DNA of 64,000 nucleotides. It comes from Prasinococcaceae sp. CCMP 1430. Its lineage: Eukaryota > Plantae > Prasinodermophyta. The stretch lies in NCBI GenBank assembly GCA_013416795.1, contig RQSC01001312.1:1-64000 (forward strand). The letters are read 5' to 3'. The notes beneath the pieces are model-generated. The model saw only the letters and a list, made by a program, of their open reading frames with translations, did not search any database and had not been told where the DNA came from. Position numbers and translations under genes: made by a program. Position 1 is the first letter of the stretch. Each line of letters begins with the position of its first letter. Shown in pieces: positions 55,284 to 64,000 of the stretch.

Positions 55284-55974
55284 NNNNNNNNNNNNNNNNN
55301 NNNNNNNNNNNNNNNNNNNNNNNNNNNNNNNNNNNNNNNNNNNNNNNNNNNNNNNNNNNNNNNNNNNNNNNNNNNNNNNNNNNNNNNNNNNNNNNNNNNN
55401 NNNNNNNNNNNNNNNNNNNNNNNNNNNNNNNNNNNNNNNNNNNNNNNNNNNNNNNNNNNNNNNNNNNNNNNNNNNNNNNNNNNNNNNNNNNNNNNNNNNN
55501 NNNNNNNNNNNNNNNNNNNNNNNNNNNNNNNNNNNNNNNNNNNNNNNNNNNNNNNNNNNNNNNNNNNNNNNNNNNNNNNNNNNNNNNNNNNNNNNNNNNN
55601 NNNNNNNNNNNNNNNNNNNNNNNNNNNNNNNNNNNNNNNNNNNNNNNNNNNNNNNNNNNNNNNNNNNNNNNNNNNNNNNNNNNNNNNNNNNNNNNNNNNN
55701 NNNNNNNNNNNNNNNNNNNNNNNNNNNNNNNNNNNNNNNNNNNNNNNNNNNNNNNNNNNNNNNNNNNNNNNNNNNNNNNNNNNNNNNNNNNNNNNNNNNN
55801 NNNNNNNNNNNNNNNNNNNNNNNNNNNNNNNNNNNNNNNNNNNNNNNNNNNNNNNNNNNNNNNNNNNNNNNNNNNNNNNNNNNNNNNNNNNNNNNNNNNN
55901 NNNNNNNNNNNNNNNNNNNNNNNNNNNNNNNNNNNNNNNNNNNNNNNNNNNNNNNNNNNNNNNNNNNNNNNNNN

Positions 55975-57418
55975 CCGCCGGCGCCCGCGGCGGCGCCGAG
56001 GGCCTCCGTGGCGCTCGCCGCGAGGCCCGGGAGCGCGGGCGGCGTGGGCGGCGGTGCGTAGCGCACCGAGAAGATGTCGGCGCCCGCGTCCAGCAGCTCG
56101 AGCAGGTAGTCGTCGGCCGTCTTCAGCGCATCGCACAGGCCCTTCTCCAGGGCGTCCTCGCCGAACCACGTCTCGCCGGTGGCCACCTCGTCGAGGTCCA
56201 ACTGCGGTCGGTTCTTCCCAACGAAGCCGCGGAAGAGCTTCAGGATGTCCGCCACGTCCTCCTTGCTCTTTGCGAGGTCCTCCTCGGTGACCTTCTTCGT
56301 CGGCGTCAGCGTGCGCTTGTACTTGCCCGCCGTCACCGTCGTGAACTCGATGCCCTCGTCCTTGAGGCGCTTGTACACGTTCGGCTGCTCCGAGATGACG
56401 CCGATGGAGCCCAGCACGGCGAAGGGCGAGGCGTTGATGGTGTCGCCCACGCACGCCATCATGTACCCGCCCGAGGCCGCCACCTGCTCGACGTTGATGG
56501 TGAGCTTGATGCCGGCGGCCTTGATGCGCGCCAGCTGCGCGGCCGCGAGGCCGTAGCCGGTGACGGTGCCGCCGCCGGAGGACAGCACCACGACGCACTC
56601 ATCACCGCGCTCGCCGTCGGCGCCGCGGATGACGGCGGTGACCTCCTCGCGCAGTGCGTTCACCTGCGACGCCTGGATGTCGCCCTTGAAGGTCAGCACG
56701 AACACGCGCTTGGGCCCCGCCGCGGCGGCGTCCGCGCCCGCGGCGTGCGCCTCCCGACGCGGCAGCAGCGAGGGCGCAGCGAAGCCCGGCGCGGACTCGG
56801 ACGCCAGCAGGGCCGTCAGGCGCTCGCGCTGCTCGCCGTCGAGCGCGGCCGCCACCGCGGAGACGTAGCGCGCCTCGGCGCTCGCGCGCGCCTTGAGCGC
56901 CTTCTCCATCTCCTTCTCCAGCGGGCTAGCGCCAAAGGACGGCATCTTGAAGCCGCCCTCGCCGTCACCCGCCTCGCCGTCGCTGGCGCCGTCGCCCTTG
57001 CCGTCCGCCTTCTTCTTGGCGGCCTTGGCGACGGCCTCCGCGCGCATCGCGCGTGCCACGCGGTCGAGCTCGGCGTTTGCGGCCGCGCCCGCGCGCGCCC
57101 ACTGCGCGTCGGCCGCGTCGAGCGCGGCGAGAGCCTCCGTGTCGAGGCTCTGCACGAGCGCGGGGCCGACGCGGCGCTCGAGCGCCCGGCGACGCGCGGC
57201 GGAGAGCGCCGCGCCGCCGCCGGCGGTGGCTTTCTGCAGCGAGTACGAGTAGCTGTCCAGCCTCGCGTTGAGCTTCTCCACCTTGAGGTACTCGGTCGGC
57301 GCGCCGCGCGCGGCCTTCTTGCCGCCGAGGCCCAGGCCGCCCAGGCCTCCGCCGCCCCGCCCGCCGGGCGCGCGGCCGAGCTCCTCGTCATCGAGCTCGG
57401 CCGCGCGCGCGAGGGCGG
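55975..57418 (-). CDS. sohB: S49 serine peptidase, SohB type; both ends in gaps
   Basis: VFVL.FKGDIQAS.V..LREEVTA, LSSGGGTVTGYGLAA.QL, VAASGGYMMAC, GSIGV, TAGKYKRTLT, ATGETWFG. Confidence 0.9.
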
Positions 57419-57999
57419 NNNNNNNNNNNNNNNNNNNNNNNNNNNNNNNNNNNNNNNNNNNNNNNNNNNNNNNNNNNNNNNNNNNNNNNNNNNNNNNNNN
57501 NNNNNNNNNNNNNNNNNNNNNNNNNNNNNNNNNNNNNNNNNNNNNNNNNNNNNNNNNNNNNNNNNNNNNNNNNNNNNNNNNNNNNNNNNNNNNNNNNNNN
57601 NNNNNNNNNNNNNNNNNNGCGCTCCCGCGCTCCCGCGGAACCGCGCGCCCGCGAAACGCCCCGCCGCGGGTTTTCGCTCCGGCCCGGAACGCCATCGGGG
57701 CGAACGCGCGCGCGCCGCCCGAAAACGCGGGGGGTGCGCGCGCGAGGAGGGGACGGAAAAAGATCTTTTTTTTTTTTTCCCTCTCCCCAATCGCTCGGCG
57801 CGGCGCGCCCCGCGCGAGGGCGGGGAAGAGCCGCCGACCAACCAAACAAACGAAGGGAACAGGAAGATTCGGAGGAGTGAGCTGTGCTGTGGGAGGACGC
57901 GTCCAAAGGGTGGCATGGAACCGGGCGGTTTTCTTTGGAAGGGTTGAAACAGGGTTCACGGGAGACGCGGCGCCGCGCGGGCGCGCGCTCCGAAAGGCG

Positions 58000-58150
58000 C
58001 GAGGATTGAAATTCTAAAAGACGTCAAAATCACACACGGGAGACATCGTCAACCACGGCGAATGTGGGTTCGGGTGAGAAATGAGGTCAAATAACACAAC
58101 GGGAGACTTCGTGCCGCCACCCTCATCCAAGCAAGGCGTTTTGACGCGCG
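58000..58150. promoter_or_regulatory. Cluster of GTCAAA(A) and ACGGGAGA motifs in a divergent promoter
   Basis: GTCAAAA 58023, CACGGGAGA 58045, GTCAAA 58086, ACGGGAGA 58099, TTTTGAC 58139. Confidence 0.5.
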
Positions 58151-58435
58151 CCTGCGCGCGCGCGGAAAGCCGTTTGAAAAGAGCCATCAAAAGCGGTGAG
58201 GGGGGGGGGCGCCGAGGGTTTTTACCCTACGTTTGATGACCCTGCAACCGAAAGTGCGATGCGGTTCGTGTTTGGGGTTAGGGTTCAGTTTTCTTGCGGT
58301 CGTGTGTGCGCGGTGCGGGCGAGGGCGGCAGGGCGGTGGTGGGTGTGGGTGCCAGACGAGCGCCTCGGAGCGCTGCCGGGCGCGCCTCGGGGACTCTACC
58401 GGGTCGGTTCCGCGCGAGGCGTGGCGAGGGCGAGG

Positions 58436-58881
58436 ATGTCGCCGGCCTTGGCGCCGGCGGGCCGCGCGGCGGCCGCCGCGGCGGCACGGCGTGGACGGGC
58501 TGGGCGGCGGCCGCCGCCGTTCTGGCGGCGGGCGCGCCCTTCGAGGCGCGCGCCGCGCCTGCCGCCTCGCGCTTCGACGGCACGTACGCGGACACCAACC
58601 ACCCGGGGTGTGCGCGCACGATTAGCGACGGGGTGCTCAGCGGCGAGGACCCCGTACCGTTCGTGCCGGCGCCCGGCGACGGCACGCCCGGCTCGCCCTG
58701 CACGCCCGGCGGCGAGACCAAGCCGTGGAGCATCAGGCTAAAGGAGCAGGATGAGCGCGCGGGCACCGTGTTCATCAACTTCGATGAGAAGGACGGCAGC
58801 GGCGAGGCGTTTACCGCCAGGCTGACCGCGGACGGCGGCCTGCGCATCAACGACACCACGCTGTGGCCGCGCCTCGAGTGA
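58436..58881 (+). CDS. Small putative thylakoid-lumen protein (F.G.Y.D.NHPGC.R.I family); 5' frame unresolved
   Basis: AAAAAVLAAGAPFEARA (A-X-A site) then RFDGTYADTNHPGCARTI...W.I...FINFDEK.G...DTTLWP. The ATG at 58436 is out of frame with the mature part. Confidence 0.6.
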
Positions 58882-59063
58882 AGGCGGGGCGCACGCAGGC
58901 ACACGCACGCGCGCGCGACACACACGCGCGCTCGCGCCCACACAGGCCTATCCCTGTGCCACGCGCGGTGCAACTGCGCCACTAAGGCTGTGTCACTACT
59001 TCTGGATATTAGACGCCCGCCCCACGCCACGCGGCGCCGCTGCGACAGGCGCGTGTGCCGGCG

Positions 59064-60945
59064 TCAGCGCTCGCGGCCAGGGCTCGAGACAGTCACGCCA
59101 GCCTCCTCCTCCTCGGCGAGGAGAACGACCACCTCCGCATCCGAGGCTTGGAGCTCGCCGTTTTTGCCGCTGTCGCCATTGTTGTTGTTGTTGTTGCTGC
59201 TGCTGCTGCTGGTGGTGGTGTCGTTACCGCCGTCGGCGTCCTCCTCGTCCTCGGATTCCGTTTCCTCAGCGTCGCTGCCCACATCGCCGGCGATCGCGCG
59301 CGCCACCGCCAGGGTCTCCCTCTCCGGTTCGTCTGGGTCGTTCGGAAACGCCGCCGCCACCTCCAGCGCGAGCGCCTCCTGCTCGCCCTCGCTATCGCTG
59401 GCCTCGTCGATCGCCGCCTCGCCGAGCGCGGCCACTGCCTCCTCGCCGCCGACGACGCGCAGCGCGAGGTCCAGCGCGAGCGGCGTCAGGGCCATGCTCA
59501 GGATGATGACGCCCACGAGCAGCTCGCTCAGGCCCGGGGGCAGCACCGAGCTGGCCCCCGCGCCCGTGTTCGCCGACGCCTGCGCGAAGATGACGAAGGC
59601 GAACTCGCCGCCCTGCGCGATGGCGCTGCCCGCCACCAGGCCCTCCTGCCAGCTGAGCCCGACGAGCCTGCCGGCGCCCGCCACGACGCCCGTCTTGACG
59701 GTGACGAGGGTGACCGCCATGACGAGCGCGATGGGCCACACCTCCGACAGCAGGTCGATGTTGATGGTCGTGCCCACGGTGACGAAGAAGAGGCTCAGGA
59801 AGAGCGACTTGAAGGGCGTGATCTTCTCGATGATCTCGTGGCCGTAGGGCGTGTCGGCCAGAACGATGCCCGCGAGGAAGGCGCCGAGCGTCGCCGAGAA
59901 GCCGAACGAGTCGCAGGCGCTCGAGAAGACCGCCAGCACCAGCAGGGAGAGCGCGACGGACACGTCGTCGCCCGCGTCGGTCTTCTTCACCAGCCTGTAG
60001 AGGGAGACGGCGAGCCTCTGGCCCACGAAGGCGAGCACGCCCAGGTCGAGGAAGCTGGTCGCGCCCCCCGCCGCGAGCAGCTCGTAGTTGATGTCCCCCC
60101 CGCCGGTGATTGCGTCGCGGATCACCGGCAGCATCACGATGAAGGGGACCACCGCGACGTCCTGGAAGAGCAGCATGCCGAGCGCCGCGGTGCCGAAGCG
60201 CGTCGACATCATGCCCTTGTCCGCGAGCAGCTGGATCGCGAACGCGGAGGAGCTCAGCGTCAGCCCGAAGCCCACCACGAGCGCCTCGAGGTTCGACCCG
60301 ACGCGCAGGAGGTCGTCGTGGCCGGGCTGCACGAAGTCCAGCACGTGCGTGCCCAGCGCGTCCCCCACCGGCAGCAGCGCGGCCGTGAAGCCCACATTGG
60401 TGAGCACCACCTGCGCGGCGCCGAGGCCGAAGGCGTACTTGGCCAGGCTCTTCAGGCGCGACGCGCTGAGCTCGAGGCCCATCTCGAACAGCAGGAACTG
60501 GATGCCGAGCTCGCACAGCTGGTCCACCTCCTCGTTGTCGACGAAGAGCCCGACGCGGCTGAGCAGCAGTCCGGAGAGGAGGAAGCCGAGGACGGGCGAC
60601 TGCTTGAGCGCGCGGAAGATGGGCGTGACGGCCACCACGGCCATGAGGAAGAAGACGCTGTCGGTGCCGACGGCTCGCACGACCTCGCTCCACTCCTGCT
60701 CCGGCAGCCCCGCCGCCGCCTCCAGCACCTCCCTGTCCGACTCCAGGGTGTCCCCCACGAACTTGCCCGGGTCGAGCGCGAACTCGACCGTCTCGCCCAG
60801 CGGCAGCTCGTCCTCGCTGAGCGTGCCGCCGCTGGCGGCCTCCAGGCCGCGCTGGATGGCGCGCACCAGCTCGGCGACGGGGGAGAAGCGCTCCGACTCG
60901 GACTCCAGGCGGAGCGCCGAGATGGCGTCCGCCAGCGGCGGCGCG
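59064..60945 (-). CDS. KEA3: KEA3-like K+/H+ antiporter (CPA2), 5'-truncated, no KTN domain
   Basis: SPVLGF, ELGIQFLLFEMGLELS..RLKSLAKYAFGLG, LSSSAF..QLL..KG...TRFG, QDVAVVP, LGAFLAG, PFKSLFLSLFF.TVG, QGGEFAFV. The KEA3-type insert GTHVLDFV..HDDLL is present. Confidence 0.9.
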
Positions 60946-60949
60946 TGCG

Positions 60950-61104
60950 CGTGCGCCCCGAGTGGCTGCCCTGGCCGCCGCACATGCGCCTGCTGGGCGT
61001 GCAGTTCCTCGGCCCGCCGCAGATCAACTTCAGCGTGTCGGGGGCGACCGACATCCCGGGCGTCGAGGCGTGGCTGCGCGGCGCCATCGACAGGCTGGTG
61101 CGCT
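60950..61104 (+). CDS. Fragment of an SMP (synaptotagmin-like) domain, runs into gap
   Basis: PHMRLLGVQFLGPPQINFSVSGATDIPGVEAWLRGAIDRLV resembles the SMP C-terminal part. No start; directly abuts the KEA3 5' end. Confidence 0.45.
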
Positions 61105-62796
61105 NNNNNNNNNNNNNNNNNNNNNNNNNNNNNNNNNNNNNNNNNNNNNNNNNNNNNNNNNNNNNNNNNNNNNNNNNNNNNNNNNNNNNNNNNNNNNNNN
61201 NNNNNNNNNNNNNNNNNNNNNNNNNNNNNNNNNNNNNNNNCGCGCGCCAGCCACGCTGCCGGCGCGCGCCGACGTGGCGCGTGCGCGCGGCGGCCACAGG
61301 TCGCCCAATTCGCGGCCGGACGCGGAATTCGCGAGGGCGCTCCGCGAAAACGCAGGAGGAGGGGTGTGTGTGCGCCCCAGTGAATCACAAATGACAACGA
61401 TGAAGTGAACGTCGGGGCGAATGAAAACGCAAATGAACACACTTTTTTTTTTAAAAAAACGCCCGACACGCAGCCTTGGTCTGGATTCTGTGTGGTTTTG
61501 TTTTTTTGTTTTTATTTTTGTTTTATTATTTTTAAAAATAAAAACAAAAACAAAAACAAAGCGTTTGGTTTGGTGTCAAGAACACCAAAAAAACAAACAA
61601 AAAAAACAGCATGTGGTTTGGTTGGATTCAGAAAACGAAAACGCCCAAAGCACGGAACCTCATTTGGTTCTGGTGTCAAATGAATACGCGCGGAAAACGC
61701 CGCGAAAAAGGGGAGCGCGCGCGAGAGCGAGCGCCGCTCCGCCTCCCTCCCGCACTTCGATTGGACTCCATTACGCCGGATGCGTGGAGAGGCGAAAACG
61801 GTTTGAACTCCGCGAAACGCGCGCGTGGGACCGCGCGCACACCGCCATTTCGCCGGCGGACGGAAAAAATCCGATCCGCCCGATCCGCGGGCGTGGCGTC
61901 CCGATCCGCCCGCCCGGCGCGCGCGCGCCCGCGCGGGCGACGTGAGACACAGCTTGGCGTTACAGTCACCCACGGGCGAGTGATGGTGCGCTGGGGCGTG
62001 ATACGGCGTTTCTGGCCTGGGTCGAATCTGTCGAAATCTGCCACTCTCCGTGCGCTGCCTGTATGTGGGACGGGGTGGTGGGTGTAGGTGTGGTACCCAC
62101 GCTGCGGGCGCTCGGCGCAGGCCTCCCTCCCTCCCGACCGGGCGACCAGCCACAGACAGGAGCCGACCAGCCCGCCAGCCAGCCAGTGGTGGTGGGTGCT
62201 GTGTCTGGTTGCTACGGTACCGCGAGCGTGCTGCCTGAGCTCTGGCTATGTCACCATCATGATGGTGCTGTAGTGGGCATTCGGACGTGGGTTTGGGTTG
62301 GTGCGTCACCGGTTGCCTGGCTGGGGGAGCCGTCGTGAGTTAGGTATTTGAGGTAGGGTTACCTGTGCCACAGCGCGCGCGGCCCACGCCGCGCTCTCGC
62401 GGCGGCGTGGAGGCGGGCGCGCGCGCCGCGGCGGGCTCTGCTGTGGAGCAGGCGGGGTTGGAGGGGAATCCGGAGGTCCAGGGAGGTCACACCACACACA
62501 CAGGTCGCAGGCGTGCTGCTCGGCCGCGGGGGAGAGGTCAGCTGCCTCGCGGCGACGGAAGACGCCGCGCTCGCGCCGGCAGGCGGGCGGGCGGAGAGAC
62601 TGCTCGTTGCGCTGCTCGGGGAGGGGGTGGGGGGGGGACGCTTTGCGTGGGCGTGGGGGTGGGCGAGGCGCGGACGGAGAGGAGGAGGGCCCTCGGCCCT
62701 CGTCGCCCCTGCGGTCGCACGCTCGGGCGAACTGAGCGGGGTTGGGTGCGAGGGCCGGCGGGGCGGCGTTGCCCGCGCGCGCCCCTCCGGCCGGTG

Positions 62797-62976
62797 CTTG
62801 ATGCAGGGCATCATGCCCTGCCTGTCGACCGCTTCTCTGTCTAGCACCTTGATGGCGTACGGCGTCCGCGCCGGGTCCTGCGAGTCCACGGCGTAGCGCA
62901 CCTTGCCAGCGGCGCCCTCGCCCAGCGTGCGGCCGAGCTCGAAGCGCCCCAGCCGCGCATGCGCGCGCGGCCCGGG
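62797..62976 (-). CDS. N-lobe fragment of a CIPK/SnRK-like kinase, truncated
   Basis: RLGRFELGRTLGEGAAGKVRYA..YAIKVLDRE.V.RQGM...IK, then similarity is lost with no splice donor. Confidence 0.65.
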
Positions 62977-63529
62977 NNNNNNNNNNNNNNNNNNNNNNNN
63001 NNNNNNNNNNNNNNNNNNNNNNNNNNNNNNNNNNNNNNNNNNNNNNNNNNNNNNNNNNNNNNNNNNNNNNNNNNNNNNNNNNNNNNNNNNNNNNNNNNNN
63101 NNNNNNNNNNNNNNNNNNNNNNNNNNNNNNNNNNNNNNNNNNNNNNNNNNNNNNNNNNNNNNNNNNNNNNNNNNNNNNNNNNNNNNNNNNNNNNNNNNNN
63201 NNNNNNNNNNNNNNNNNNNNNNNNNCCCCGCCCTCCTGCACGCGCCCTCGGTGCGCTGGCGGTGGACGCCCGCGTCGCGCCGCGAGCCGCGCGGCCGCTG
63301 GGCGCGCCGCGCGGAGGGCGCGCGCGCCATGCGCCACAGGGCGCGGCCGCGCTTCGTCATGGGCGACGCGTCCAACGTGCGCGACACGCCCGACGGAATA
63401 GCCCTCGCCGAGGACGACTGAACGCTCCGGACATCGTAGTCGCAGTGGTCGTAATAGAAACAGCAAAAGGCGCCGCTGCCAGGGCAGAGCTCTCTCGTGC
63501 GCGTGCTTGCTTCGCTCGGTGGCTCCTCC

Positions 63530-64000
63530 TCACGCGGCCTGCGCGGCGGCGCCCTGCTGCGGCGGGCGCATGGGCGCGTACGCGCCCATGCAGTGCGCCT
63601 GCCATCCGCCGTTGAATCGCACGCTGCCCGCCTCGTAGTCGTACACCCAACCGTTGTGCTTCGCGTTCGCCTCGCGCGGCTGTGGCTCGCCCGCGGCGGA
63701 GGAGGGACAAGGCGCGAACACCAGCTGCGCGTCGTTGAGCATCCGCTTGTCGAACTCGCCGTTGTCCGCCAGCGCGATGCACGCCCGGCTGCCGGCGGCC
63801 GCCCCCATCCCCGACGGCACGGACGCTGATATGGTGCCCTCGTACGCACGCAGCACGACGTCGTCCAAGGCCTGCGGCGAGTCGCACGGCACGAGGCGCA
63901 TCAGCCGGTCCGATCCAACGCCGGCACACAGCGGCGGCGTCGACGAGTCGGGCGCGAGCGTGCTGCGCAGCGTGAGCCGCCCGCCGCTCAGCGTCCACGC
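63530..64000 (-). CDS. C-terminus of a secreted-type protein, possible ricin B beta-trefoil; 5' outside window
   Basis: LC...LVPC, CIAL...LVFAPC, WVYDYEAGSVRF...HCM pattern. Stop at 63530. Confidence 0.4.
   Translation of the reverse strand, partial: AWTLSGGRLTLRSTLAPDSSTPPLCAGVGSDRLMRLVPCDSPQALDDVVLRAYEGTISASVPSGMGAAAGSRACIALADNGEFDKRMLNDAQLVFAPCPSSAAGEPQPREANAKHNGWVYDYEAGSVRFNGGWQAHCMGAYAPMRPPQQGAAAQAA

Noticed and set aside
25947-60945. Bacterial contamination or HGT island (mnmG, CRTISO-like, Fpg/Nei, sohB, KEA)
   Set aside because: Most carry spliceosomal introns or transit-like leaders, share host composition, are interspersed with eukaryote-specific genes, and belong to known organelle-targeted families.
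23824-63849. Very long ORFs spanning X runs (e.g. 46498-49548, 52903-56598, 55032-57959)
   Set aside because: Artificially joined across N gaps; each side belongs to a different gene.
1-64000. Hundreds of Arg/Ala/Pro-rich overlapping ORFs in the track
   Set aside because: Stop-poor shadow frames expected at this GC content; no motifs, and they overlap well-supported genes.

Overview
Eukaryotic nuclear DNA with very high GC and CpG content. Plastid transit peptides, LESV, KEA3, PRPS20, a flagellar-type KAP fragment and short GT-AG introns with a strong CTRAC/T branch point point to a prasinophyte-grade green alga (inference). The window holds about 35 genes or gene fragments, mostly housekeeping, separated by short AT-richer promoter islands, with 8 long N gaps and 3 single-n joins. 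No rRNA, tRNA or CRISPR array was seen. The ORF track is dominated by GC-shadow and microsatellite ORFs, so I built spliced models by hand. The best candidate for new biology is a three-domain FSH1 serine hydrolase-RWD-Ygr210/Obg GTPase fusion whose junctions lie inside one exon (37.6-40.6 kb). Other candidates: a second plastid-protein exon nested in the PRPS20 intron, a KAP3 N-domain running into a BET1 SNARE, a TPR-TTLL ligase with an atypical signature residue, a Val-start zincless Fpg/Nei glycosylase with an H1-like tail, and recurring promoter motifs (TTTTGAC, CACGGGAGA, telo-box), including a 50-bp palindromic array. Major caveat: at about 8 places one gene switches abruptly into another at a (CG)n or GCG-rich tract, and one 190-bp segment is duplicated exactly between CG tracts. 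Misassembly is the most parsimonious explanation, so every fusion claim needs long-read or RNA confirmation.
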